Sequence record: DRR378314_1406
DNA: 64,000 nt
Reading direction: 5' to 3' (one strand)
Made by a program: the position numbers and the translations under genes. Shown here one piece after another: positions 9,576 to 18,486 of this stretch; positions within the stretch are counted from its first letter, which is position 1, and each line of letters starts with the position of its first letter. Below the pieces are notes generated by a model, which saw nothing but the letters and a program-made list of their open reading frames with translations, ran no database searches and was not told the origin of the DNA.

Positions 9576-9907
9576 GATTGGCAGTCCGGAACGTCAAAAA
9601 CCTTGCCGTTCATGGCTTCACTGACAGTGATCTGGCAGCTCAGGCGGCTTGTTGGCCGTCTTTCTGCGGCTGTTTCTTCCAGCATCTCTTCCTCTTCATC
9701 GCCCGCATCACCGGCAAGGGAGAGCAGATCATCAGTCAGGTAAATGTGGCAGGTTGCGCACATGCAACTGCCGCCGCATTCAGCCTCTATGCCATCCACA
9801 TTGTTGAAGATTGCCGCCTGCATGACAGACTGGCCAACAGGTGCGTCAATTTCCTGGATCTCTCCATCGGGCTGACGAAAACCGATTTTAATCGTTGTGT
9901 TGCTCAT
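9572..9907 (-). CDS. [2Fe-2S] ferredoxin, putidaredoxin/adrenodoxin type
   Basis: ECGGSCMCATCH...SRLSCQ; 4-nt overlap with the reductase gene. Confidence 0.92.
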   Translation of the reverse strand: MSNTTIKIGFRQPDGEIQEIDAPVGQSVMQAAIFNNVDGIEAECGGSCMCATCHIYLTDDLLSLAGDAGDEEEEMLEETAAERRPTSRLSCQITVSEAMNGKVFDVPDCQS

Positions 9908-9950
9908 AATATCCTCAGGATCTTGGGGTTAATCACAAGGGTCCAATTTG

Positions 9951-11249
9951 TTAGTGGCCAAACAAGTTCGGCAGGAACAGGGAAATGGCCGGGAACGTGA
10001 CCAGAATTGCCAGGCGAACCACATCCGCCAGAACAAACGGGATCACACCGATCATAGCATCTTTAAGCTCCAATTCCTTTGCGGCACTCTTGACCATATA
10101 TAGGTTCATGCCAACCGGCGGTGAAATAAGGCCGGTTTCCACAGTGACCACGGCGATGATCCCGAACCAGATCGGATCAAAACCGCTGGCCGTAATCAGC
10201 GGAAAGAAGATAGGAACGGTCAGCAGGATCATTGCCAGGCTTTCCAGAAAACAGCCCATCACCACATAAAAGACGATGATGGCGGTCATCACCTGCCAGG
10301 GAGAGAATTGATGCGCGTTGATGAAGTCAACCATCTCAAAGGAGATTTGACTGACGGATAGCAAAAATCCAAAAACCTCAGCGCCGATCAGTATGATGAA
10401 AATGGTTGCTGTAACCGCAACGGTTTCGGTGATGGCTTCTTTGAATTGCTGCAGGGACAGGCCGCGAATGACGGCAAATAAAAGGGCAAGACCGGCCCCG
10501 ACACCACCGGCTTCGGTGGGTGAGAAGATCCCGCCATAAAGCCCGCCCATGACCAACCCAAACAACAGGGCCACAGGGGCAAATTGTTTAAGCGCTTTTT
10601 TAAGCGTGGCACCGGCATCCGGTGCTTGCTCCCCGGTTGGGCGCCATTTCTGGGCCATGATGGCAACAGTGATCAGATAGAGCAGATAGGCCAGCAGACC
10701 GGGCAGGAAACCGGCAAGGAACATATCGCCAACGGATTGTTCAGTGATCAGTGCATATAACAGCAGGGCCACCGACGGCGGGATCATGATCCCCAATGTG
10801 CCGCCCGCCGCGAGGGAGCCTGCGGCAAGACGCGGGTGATATCCCTGACGCATCATTTCCGGATAGGCGACCCGTGTCATGGTCGAAGCGGTTGCCAGTG
10901 AGGAGCCGGAGATGGCAGAGAAGGCGGCGCTTCCGCTCACGGCGGCCAGTGCCAGACTGCCGTTCCAGCCTTTGGTGAAATAGCGGGCAGAATCAAACAG
11001 GTCTTTGGAAAAACCAGCTCGCGCCGCCAGACTTCCCATCAGCAAAAACAGCGGGATCAAGGTGAAGGAATAATTGGATGAGGTTTCGAACGCGGCCGTC
11101 TCCAGCACGTTCAGAGCAGGCTGAATTCCGACAATGCTGGCAAACCCGCCTGCGCCAACAATGATCATGGCCAGACCCACCGGACATCCGAGGGCGAGCA
11201 GAACCAGAATGACCACCAATCCTGCAAGGCCAATTGTTAAGGGATCCAT
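9951..11249 (-). CDS. dctM: TRAP transporter large permease
   Basis: Highly hydrophobic; IPLFLLMG, GGTLGIMIPPS, PTEAG and GLISPPVGMNL motifs. Confidence 0.9.
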   Translation of the reverse strand: MDPLTIGLAGLVVILVLLALGCPVGLAMIIVGAGGFASIVGIQPALNVLETAAFETSSNYSFTLIPLFLLMGSLAARAGFSKDLFDSARYFTKGWNGSLALAAVSGSAAFSAISGSSLATASTMTRVAYPEMMRQGYHPRLAAGSLAAGGTLGIMIPPSVALLLYALITEQSVGDMFLAGFLPGLLAYLLYLITVAIMAQKWRPTGEQAPDAGATLKKALKQFAPVALLFGLVMGGLYGGIFSPTEAGGVGAGLALLFAVIRGLSLQQFKEAITETVAVTATIFIILIGAEVFGFLLSVSQISFEMVDFINAHQFSPWQVMTAIIVFYVVMGCFLESLAMILLTVPIFFPLITASGFDPIWFGIIAVVTVETGLISPPVGMNLYMVKSAAKELELKDAMIGVIPFVLADVVRLAILVTFPAISLFLPNLFGH

Positions 11250-11259
11250 CAGAAACTCC

Positions 11260-11757
11260 TTAGGAGGACAATTCGTCTGACTCTTCAGGTCGGGTCGGGC
11301 GAAGCGCCAACCACAGACCGGTCAGGACGATGGCGAGACTGCAAACCGTCAGTGCGCCATAAAACAGATAAAGCGGGATGCCTAGATCCTGGGTTCTGTC
11401 GCCCCGCTCAAACATGAGCAGGGTTTTTTCCGCGAATAGCCAGCCAACAATGGCGGCAAACACAGCCAGAAGAATATCCCAGGTCCGCTCCAGCAGACGC
11501 CGCAGGAGGTGTGGAAAGGATCCGATGAGAAGGTCCACGCTGACCAGGCTGCTGATCGCTGCACGGGGCAGGGAGGCAAAAACCATGATCAGCAAGGCAT
11601 AGCTGGCAATCTCAATCGCGCCGGGGATGACCAGATTAACGGCCCCCCCGGTCAGATCAAAGAGAACACGTCCAAGGACGCTTTCCACAACCACAAACAG
11701 CATGGTGATCAGAGCGGCATAGGCGATCTTGTCAAAAACAGAGATAAATCGCTCCAT
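11260..11757 (-). CDS. dctQ: TRAP transporter small permease
   Basis: Four hydrophobic segments, 165 aa, located between dctP and dctM. Confidence 0.85.
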   Translation of the reverse strand: MERFISVFDKIAYAALITMLFVVVESVLGRVLFDLTGGAVNLVIPGAIEIASYALLIMVFASLPRAAISSLVSVDLLIGSFPHLLRRLLERTWDILLAVFAAIVGWLFAEKTLLMFERGDRTQDLGIPLYLFYGALTVCSLAIVLTGLWLALRPTRPEESDELSS

Positions 11758-11777
11758 GTCAAGATACTCCAGGTCTA

Positions 11778-12821
11778 TTAAGAGTTCAGTTCACTCTGAC
11801 ATTCAGAGATGTAACCTTTGACTTTACCATAGGTTTCTGTACCCGGCAGACCCATACCGTCAAGCTTGGCCAGATATCCTTTGGTCACCCGATCAGCAGC
11901 TGCTTCCCAGGCTTTACGCTCTTCTTGGGACAGTTTATTGATGGTGCCGCCCTCAGCCTTGATTTTTTCAAGACCAACCTTGTCGGCATCGTCATATCCT
12001 TGACCCGCAACAACAGACCAGTTCATCCCGGAATTGTCATCAATCACTTTTTTCAGATCGTCAGACAGACCGTCATAAGTGTTTTTGTTCATGGTGGTCA
12101 CGAACGCCAGTGAATAAAACCCAAATTCAGTATGCTGTTTGGATACTTCATAAGCGCGGAAGCTGTTGACAGCAGACCAAGGCAGCATATAGCCATCGAT
12201 CACACCGCGTTGAACGGCTGCATAAATGGTCGGTGCAGGAAGACCAATAGGCTCAGCGCCCAGTTCGGTCAGCAAGCCGCCAATAACTTCTGTTGGACGG
12301 CGAATTTTCAGGCCCTTCAGGTCCGCAAGACTGGTAACGGCTTTGTCTTTGGTGTGCAGGTGACCTGGGCTGTGGGTGTGAACATACAAAACCTTCGTTT
12401 CTGCATATTCTTCATCCAATGCGCCGCTGTCATGCAGTTTTGTGAAGGCGCAGGAGCCGACAGCCCCGGTTTTAAACAGCCCCGGAAGTTCCATGATCTG
12501 GCTTAATGGAAAGCGTCCTGCGGTATAACCCTGTACTGTCCAGGCGATATCGGTAATCCCGTGTTTGGCGTTGTCATAGCCAGCCGGAGCTTTACCCAAA
12601 GTCTGTGCAGGATAGACGGTGACGTTGATTTTGCCGGCGGACTGTTCTTCGACAGCCTTCTTCCAGGCGTTAAACATCTTTTCATTTTGCCAACTGCCTT
12701 GTGGCATGAAGTGGGCAAATCTTAAATTGACATCAGCTGCTTGTGCGGAAGCAGCACCTGCAAACAGGCCACCGATGATGGCGAGGGACGACAGATGCTT
12801 GATGGCTTTTTTCATACTCAT
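11778..12821 (-). CDS. dctP: TRAP transporter substrate-binding protein
   Basis: Signal peptide; LRFAHF, YPAQTLG, GRFP and DLKGLKIR motifs. Confidence 0.9.
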   Translation of the reverse strand: MSMKKAIKHLSSLAIIGGLFAGAASAQAADVNLRFAHFMPQGSWQNEKMFNAWKKAVEEQSAGKINVTVYPAQTLGKAPAGYDNAKHGITDIAWTVQGYTAGRFPLSQIMELPGLFKTGAVGSCAFTKLHDSGALDEEYAETKVLYVHTHSPGHLHTKDKAVTSLADLKGLKIRRPTEVIGGLLTELGAEPIGLPAPTIYAAVQRGVIDGYMLPWSAVNSFRAYEVSKQHTEFGFYSLAFVTTMNKNTYDGLSDDLKKVIDDNSGMNWSVVAGQGYDDADKVGLEKIKAEGGTINKLSQEERKAWEAAADRVTKGYLAKLDGMGLPGTETYGKVKGYISECQSELNS

Positions 12822-12853
12822 TACCTCTCTGCTCGAAATCTACTCTTTTTGTC

Positions 12854-12891
12854 TTGATCGATAATCGAACATATGTTTTATAATCGATCAA
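12854..12891. promoter_or_regulatory. PcaR/PcaU/PobR-type IclR operator (two adjacent boxes)
   Basis: TTGATCGATAATCGAACATA followed by TATGTTTTATAATCGATCAA; resembles the PcaU/PcaR consensus TTTGTTCGATAATCGnACAAA; lies between the divergent dctP and IclR genes. Confidence 0.7.
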
Positions 12892-13020
12892 TAACAAATT
12901 TATCGCTCTGGATTTGATCGAAGTCAAGGAACGAATAAAAATTTTGTGGATAATATCCGGCCTTTTTTTCCGATCGGAAAGCGGGTTCGGGCATAAAAAG
13001 AAACAGCATTGGGTGGGGAA

Positions 13021-13788
13021 ATGCCTGAAAAACTTAATGAAAAAGACATATCGCTGACATTTGCCAAAGGGTTGGATGTTTTGCTGGCCTTTGATGCCAA
13101 TGATCGGGAAATGACCATCCCGGCCATTGCCCGCAAAACGAATCTGAACCGGACGGTCACCCGGCGGCTGGTTCTGACCCTGGAGCATCTCAACTATCTG
13201 GAATGCCAGAACCGGGTCTATCGATTGACGCCGCGGATCCTGCGACTGGCGGGCGGATTCCTGCAAGGCAGGGATATCGGCAAGCATGTCACCCCGATCC
13301 TCACCAACTATTCAGCGGAACTGAAAGAAAGTGTCTCCTTTGCCATGATCGATGGGTTGGAGGCGGTATATGTCGCCCATTCCCCCGGTGATCCGACCAT
13401 GATCACGCTGGGGTTCACTGTCGGATCGCGTTTGCCACTGCATGCCACAGCGATCGGACGGACGCTGGTTGCGTTCTCGGCGGCGGGGAAGCGGGAATAT
13501 TTGCTGACGACTGCCCCAAAAGATGCCTATACCGACGTGACCAAAACCGATCTGGAGGCCCTGCGCGAGGATTTGCAGATGACAGTGGCCCGTGGATACG
13601 GGCTTGTGACTGATGAATTTGAGCAGGGTGTGTCCTCGCTTGCGGTGCCCGTGCTGCAGAGCGACGGAGAATTGGTCGGGGCGCTTGGCATCGTCGGTCC
13701 CAATCCGCGTTTTGCCAATGAGGATCAGCAAAAGAAAAGAGTGAGCCTGCTGCGCGAATGCGCTCAATCTATTGCGATGATTGTCTGA
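13021..13788 (+). CDS. IclR-family regulator (PcaR/PobR-like)
   Basis: AKGLDVL HTH, TVTRRLVLTL, VGSRLPLHATAIGR and SLAVPV; divergent from the catabolic operon. Confidence 0.9.
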   Translation: MPEKLNEKDISLTFAKGLDVLLAFDANDREMTIPAIARKTNLNRTVTRRLVLTLEHLNYLECQNRVYRLTPRILRLAGGFLQGRDIGKHVTPILTNYSAELKESVSFAMIDGLEAVYVAHSPGDPTMITLGFTVGSRLPLHATAIGRTLVAFSAAGKREYLLTTAPKDAYTDVTKTDLEALREDLQMTVARGYGLVTDEFEQGVSSLAVPVLQSDGELVGALGIVGPNPRFANEDQQKKRVSLLRECAQSIAMIV

Positions 13789-13840
13789 GGACGGGAAAAG
13801 CGGCGGAACTTTGCGATAAGTTCCGCCTGCATAAAGTCAA

Positions 13841-14683
13841 TCAGGCAACAAATGCCTTTTCAACAACAAATTCCTTGGGCGCCGCATTGGAGCCTTCTGT
13901 CAGGCCTGCCTGTACCAGAATCTCCTTGGTGTCGGCGATCATCGGCGTGGAGCCGCAAATCATGGCGCGGTCGGTTTCCGGATTAAGGGCCGGAATGTCC
14001 AGATCCTCAAAAAATTTGCCGGAACTGATCAGATTGGTGATGCGACCTTTATGAGAGAAATTCTCCCGCGTGGTGGTCGCATAATATTTCACCCGTTCCG
14101 GTGCCACATCGCCAACCAGCGGATCGTCTTTCAAGGCCCGCACCACATCGGCGCTATAGTCCAGGTCTGCCACATTGCGGCAGGTATGGGTGACGATGAT
14201 TTCATCAAATTTATCGTAGGTTTCCGGTTCACGCAGAATACTGGCGAATGGAGCCATGCCCGTGCCCGTGGAGAAAAGAAACAGTCGTTTTCCGGGGATC
14301 AGGGCATCCAGAACCAAAGTTCCCGTCGGTTTACGACCGAGCAGGATTTTATCGCCCTTTTGGATGTGCTGAAGCCGCGAGGTGAGGGGACCATCATGGA
14401 CTTTGATGGAATAAAAAACCAGTTCCTCATCCCAGGACGGGCTGGCGATCGAATAAGCCCGCAACAAGGGTTTTGGGCCGTCCATCAGGCCAAGCATGAC
14501 AAATTCACCGGAGCGGAAGCGGAATTCCGGTGGCCGGGTGATATGAAATGAAAATAGCTCTTCCGTCCAATGATGGATTTTGGTAACCGTTTGTTCGGAT
14601 ACGGATTTCGGGAGTTTTATGTCTTCCGTGGCGGTACTTTCCTGATCGGGGGTTGCCCGGGCTACGGATACGTTGTAAGTCAC
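13841..14683 (-). CDS. fpr: Ferredoxin--NADP+ reductase, bacterial class
   Basis: FRSGEF, LRAYSIAS, GPLTSRL, TGTGMAPF, MICGS and EKAF motifs. Confidence 0.92.
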   Translation of the reverse strand: MTYNVSVARATPDQESTATEDIKLPKSVSEQTVTKIHHWTEELFSFHITRPPEFRFRSGEFVMLGLMDGPKPLLRAYSIASPSWDEELVFYSIKVHDGPLTSRLQHIQKGDKILLGRKPTGTLVLDALIPGKRLFLFSTGTGMAPFASILREPETYDKFDEIIVTHTCRNVADLDYSADVVRALKDDPLVGDVAPERVKYYATTTRENFSHKGRITNLISSGKFFEDLDIPALNPETDRAMICGSTPMIADTKEILVQAGLTEGSNAAPKEFVVEKAFVA

Positions 14684-14791
14684 TCTGGTCGCCTTTCAAA
14701 TTACTAGCGCAATATCAACTTTGCCCGGCAGCATGTAAGTACTGACGACGGACATTTCACCCTTAAAATTGGTCATATACCCCTGCGCTAA

Positions 14792-14820
14792 TAATTGCAA
14801 TTAATAATTATTTGCAATTA
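14792..14820. promoter_or_regulatory. Fur-box-like palindrome
   Basis: TAATTGCAA-TTAATAATTAT-TTGCAATTA with perfect 9-bp arms, between fpr and the ORF at 14868. Confidence 0.55.
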
Positions 14821-14867
14821 CTTTCGATTTTTCTTAAGCTCGGCCCCACTGCCCGTAGCGTTCTGTT

Positions 14868-15419
14868 GTGAGTAAGTTGATGAAAGACCCCCAGAAGATA
14901 GATCCAGCCGAGGATTTCACCAAACCGGATGCCTATCAGCGGACCATGATTTCGGCCGTTGATGTTGATCAGTGGATGGCGGTGATGACGGCTGGAAATG
15001 ACGCGTTTCTCTGTCATGATATCCAGGTGGCCCGCAAAAAATTTGAACAGGCTGCGGAATTGGCCGAAGGCATGATTGTCTATGCACTGACCTATGATCT
15101 GGACCCGGGGCAGGCGGTTATTTGCCTGAAACAGTCCTATGCCAATTCAAGTGAGCTGTGTTTTCGCACGGGACAGGTGGCCGAGGGGGTTGCTGTTCTG
15201 CATGCGCGTCTGGATCGATTGGGATATTATGCCCTGTCCCCGAATTTGCAACCCTGCCACCGGGCGGATCTGCTCAGCCAGTTGAACCTGGCCCTGGAAG
15301 ATTTGACCGAGACGATGGCCCATCTGGGATCGCGCCCCGATGATATCAACGCCATTCGCCAGGTCGTTGCAACCCTCCATAAACAGGGAATGCAATTGAT
15401 GGCGACAGACGCTCCCTAA
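14868..15419 (+). CDS. Hypothetical helical protein, FagA/DUF2753-like
   Basis: W...AGNDAF...ARKKFEQAAELA...AVICLKQSYANSSEL pattern recalls Pseudomonas FagA/DUF2753 (recognised from memory, not searched). Confidence 0.55.
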   Translation: MSKLMKDPQKIDPAEDFTKPDAYQRTMISAVDVDQWMAVMTAGNDAFLCHDIQVARKKFEQAAELAEGMIVYALTYDLDPGQAVICLKQSYANSSELCFRTGQVAEGVAVLHARLDRLGYYALSPNLQPCHRADLLSQLNLALEDLTETMAHLGSRPDDINAIRQVVATLHKQGMQLMATDAP

Positions 15420-15450
15420 AAAGCTCAACATCAATTGAGGGCCGGTTGGA

Positions 15451-16188
15451 TTATGGATGCCGTTTTTCGATGGCTTCGCCGGTGTCCTTCCAATTCTTCC
15501 AGCCGGGAAAATGAAGCGGGGTTTGGCTATCCAGCGTGTCAAGATAGGCGCCCCAATTTTTGAGATTTTGGGCCAACCGCGATGTCAGGCTCTGTTCTTC
15601 TTCGTAGCGATATCCGTGTCCCTGAATGCCATAGGAGATGAAAGGCGGTAATATGGTGAAGCCCATATAGTGCAGGGAATAGTGCAGCGGCCAGAGAAGG
15701 GTTTCAAAATCACCGCCGCGGCAATTGGGACCAAACGCCGCTTCTGGCGCGCCTGTCGTGACAGATAACAGGGCCTTTTTGCCTTTGAAATAGCCTGTGT
15801 CGTATCGCATTCGGCTGGTGTAGAGACCGCCACTGAGAAAAACCCGGTCCATCCAGCCTTTCAGGATCGCCGGCGGGCCATGCCACCAGAGGGGAAATTG
15901 GAAAATCACCAGATCTGCCTGTTGCAGGTTGCTGATCTGGGTTTGGATATCTGCAGGCACAGTCGCCGATGTCCAGGCGTGGCGCTGTTCTGCCAACGGG
16001 CTGAACTGGTCGGTATTTAAGGGGGGTTGGTAATGTTCAGCCCGTTCCACCGGATCAAACTGTGATTGATACAGGTCGGTGATCGTAACGCTGTGTCCGT
16101 TTGTTTGAAAGGATTGGCGGGCCTGATCTGTCAAAGCAGCGTTGTAGGATGTCTTTTCTGGATGGGTATGAACGATCGTTGTGTGCAT
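15451..16188 (-). CDS. NAD(P)H:quinone oxidoreductase (flavodoxin-2/NQO family)
   Basis: HPEKTSYN, DLYQSQFDP, FQFPLWWHGPPAILKGWMDRVF and SVTTG motifs. Confidence 0.9.
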   Translation of the reverse strand: MHTTIVHTHPEKTSYNAALTDQARQSFQTNGHSVTITDLYQSQFDPVERAEHYQPPLNTDQFSPLAEQRHAWTSATVPADIQTQISNLQQADLVIFQFPLWWHGPPAILKGWMDRVFLSGGLYTSRMRYDTGYFKGKKALLSVTTGAPEAAFGPNCRGGDFETLLWPLHYSLHYMGFTILPPFISYGIQGHGYRYEEEQSLTSRLAQNLKNWGAYLDTLDSQTPLHFPGWKNWKDTGEAIEKRHP

Positions 16189-16280
16189 GGTCTAAGTGGC
16201 CTTTCCTTGGGATGGCTTTAGACTTATGGTATTCACAATTGAAATAAAATTAGACAAAATTGCAATATTGGTTTTCAAAT

Positions 16281-17171
16281 ATGAACAACATGCTGAGCTG
16301 GAGTGACTATCATATTATCCTGAGTGTGGCGGAGGCGGGCTCGCTGTCCAAAGCCGCCGTTCACATTGGCTCCAGCCATCCGACCCTGTTTCGGAAAATC
16401 AATGCGATTGAAAAGACGCTCGGCGTTCGCCTGTTTGAGCGGTTCAGGACAGGGTACCGGCTGACTGCAAGCGGAGAAGAGCTTGTTGCGGTCGCCCGTC
16501 AGATGGGGCAGCTGACAGCGGAGGCCGAACGGCGCCTGGCCGGACGTGATCTGCACCCAACCGGGCGGGTCAAGGTGGCAACAACCGATAGCCTGCTGCA
16601 CGGTCTGCTGCTTTCAGAGGTGGTCCGGTTTCGCCAGCAGCAACCGGGAATTACGCTGGATTTTATGGTGTCCAATGAAATGTCCAACCTGTCCTATCGG
16701 GACGCGGATATTGCCATTCGGCCCGTCTCACAGCCGGAGGAGCATCTAATTGGGCGAAAACTGGGCGTTATTCAGCAAGGCATCTACGGCGCCAAATCCC
16801 TGCTTCAAACACGCCCGGAAAAAAGCATGCTCAAAGACTATCCCTGGGTCGGGCCCGGATCGTCCATGCCTTACACGCAGTTGCATGGATGGATGAAACG
16901 CCAGGAGCTGGAGGATTGTTGCGGCTTTACGGCAGATACAGTGCTGGGTCTTTATGCTGCGGTTCAGGCGGGTTTGGGACTTGCGGTGCTGCCATCTTAT
17001 CTGGCGGAGACGGACCCCAACCTGGCGCGGATCGGTGATTATGTCGCGGATACGTCTGTTGATCTGTGGTTACTCACCCATTCGGATTTGCGATCAACGA
17101 CCCGTATTCGGGCGGTTATGGACTATTTTGGATCCGCATCAGAAATCCTGAAACAGCTTCAAATTCAATGA
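16281..17171 (+). CDS. LysR-family regulator
   Basis: GSLSKAA HTH, LGVRLFER and ADIAIR; divergent from the NQO gene. Confidence 0.9.
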   Translation: MNNMLSWSDYHIILSVAEAGSLSKAAVHIGSSHPTLFRKINAIEKTLGVRLFERFRTGYRLTASGEELVAVARQMGQLTAEAERRLAGRDLHPTGRVKVATTDSLLHGLLLSEVVRFRQQQPGITLDFMVSNEMSNLSYRDADIAIRPVSQPEEHLIGRKLGVIQQGIYGAKSLLQTRPEKSMLKDYPWVGPGSSMPYTQLHGWMKRQELEDCCGFTADTVLGLYAAVQAGLGLAVLPSYLAETDPNLARIGDYVADTSVDLWLLTHSDLRSTTRIRAVMDYFGSASEILKQLQIQ

Positions 17172-17227
17172 AATAGATAATTTTCCTAAAACATTAAGTA
17201 TATTCTTTAACTATGGCGATTTTGCTG

Positions 17228-17242
17228 GAACATTACGGGAAC
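17228..17242. promoter_or_regulatory. LexA (SOS) box-like site GAAC-N7-GAAC with no intact gene downstream
   Basis: GAACATTACGGGAAC matches the alphaproteobacterial consensus. Confidence 0.45.
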
Positions 17243-17414
17243 GAGCCGCTGGACAGTTGATTTTCAGGTTTCGCGGGGGAGGCGGTGCTTGAAAAGTTTA
17301 ATCCATTTAAATCAGTGGCCGTGACCTCAACCCTTCACTGCTTGCGGTTTCTGAAGGCGTAGCCGGGGTTCACGAGAGGCCCTTCACTAGAATAAATAAT
17401 CAAGCGCGAAAATC

Positions 17415-17594
17415 ATGACAAACTTAACCGGGGGGGATCGGGTGCGGGCATAAAATCTGCCCATCGGGCTGGAGGCCAGCCCCGGCAAGCCACCCAGCTA
17501 CACGCCGACGGGGGTTGCTGTTGATGGCAAGGGGGTGATTTATGTATCGGCCGATCGCAATACCGCGATCTACAAGATCAGCCCTCAAAAATAG
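17415..17594 (+). pseudogene. C-terminal remnant of an NHL/SMP-30-like beta-propeller gene
   Basis: Translates as MTNLTGGDRVRA*NLPIGLEASPGKPPSYTPTGVAVDGKGVIYVSADRNTAIYKISPQK* with an in-frame TAA at 17451; PTGVAVD..G.IYVS is an NHL-type blade. Confidence 0.65.
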
Positions 17595-17661
17595 AACGAG
17601 AGGTCTTAAATGATCAAAGCTCGGCTGACCCCCGGGGCTTTGGTTTTAAGGGCGTGGCGGT

Positions 17662-18084
17662 TTAGCTTCGCTTTGTCTCTTTGCCGCTGACAGTGCTGAA
17701 AGTCCCATGTGCGCGGGCGATAAGCTGATCATCTGCCGTGATGGTGCAGTTAGCAAAACAGAGCGTGCGGCCGGTTTTGACCACAAAAGCATCAAACAAA
17801 ATCCATTGACCGATGCGGCCGGTGGACAGAAAATCTGTGTTCAGATTAACGGTGACAAGGCCGGACTGATCCTTGAGCGCCACATGGCACGACAATCCCA
17901 TCACGTTATCAGCCAATGCTGAAACCAGGCCGCCATGAACAAAACCGCGGCTGTTTGTATGGGCTTCATGGACAACAAGGCCCATTTGCACCCGATCTTC
18001 CAGAACTTTTGAATAAAGCGGCTCCCAGGGTTCTGTCAGGGGACTTTTCCGAAAATGGGGTTTAAATCCGGCCGGGATGTTCAT
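17662..18084 (-). CDS. PaaI-family thioesterase (hotdog fold)
   Basis: HTNSRGFVHGG...ALAD and VTVNLNTDFL motifs. Confidence 0.85.
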   Translation of the reverse strand: MNIPAGFKPHFRKSPLTEPWEPLYSKVLEDRVQMGLVVHEAHTNSRGFVHGGLVSALADNVMGLSCHVALKDQSGLVTVNLNTDFLSTGRIGQWILFDAFVVKTGRTLCFANCTITADDQLIARAHGTFSTVSGKETKRS

Positions 18085-18355
18085 GGAGTTGTTCCTTTAG
18101 TCCTGGTTTTGATCTCGGTGAATGCGTTCTCATATATCATGTTCTTTCCTCATGGGGATAGGCGATGCACCGCTTCATGGATTGTGAATTAGGATAATTG
18201 TGTTGATAAAGACGGGATGAAGGGCGCTTGGATCCCTTAAATATTTTTGCCAATACGCTTGTGTTGATGGATTTAAAAAACCGCCTTGCTCGATAAGGGG
18301 AGAGACCTATTTACCAGTGAATTCAAATATATATCAAGATTGTTCTGAGAATATC

Positions 18356-18370
18356 GAACAGAACTAGAAC
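18356..18370. promoter_or_regulatory. LexA box, distal, recA promoter
   Basis: GAACAGAACTAGAAC = GAAC-N7-GAAC. Confidence 0.6.
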
Positions 18371-18411
18371 AAATAAAAATAATACTTTTTACTCAATGAG
18401 TTAAAATCCTC

Positions 18412-18439
18412 TTGCTAAAGAGAACAAAGCATGTACATT
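18412..18439 (+). promoter_or_regulatory. recA promoter with overlapping LexA box
   Basis: TTGCTA(-35)...TACATT(-10); GAACAAAGCATGTAC (18422-18436) = GAAC-N7-GTAC, the form known from rhizobial recA. Confidence 0.8.
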
Positions 18440-18486
18440 AATGTCATTGCATCTGTCGCGCACCTATGAAATAACAGGGGAATACT

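Noticed and set aside
12914-12927. FNR/FixK-like site TTGAT-CGAA-GTCAA
   Set aside because: One mismatch, and it lies in a divergent promoter region already explained by IclR boxes and -35 elements.
17194-17211. CtrA-like TTAA...TTAAC downstream of the LysR gene
   Set aside because: The spacer is 9 nt rather than 7.
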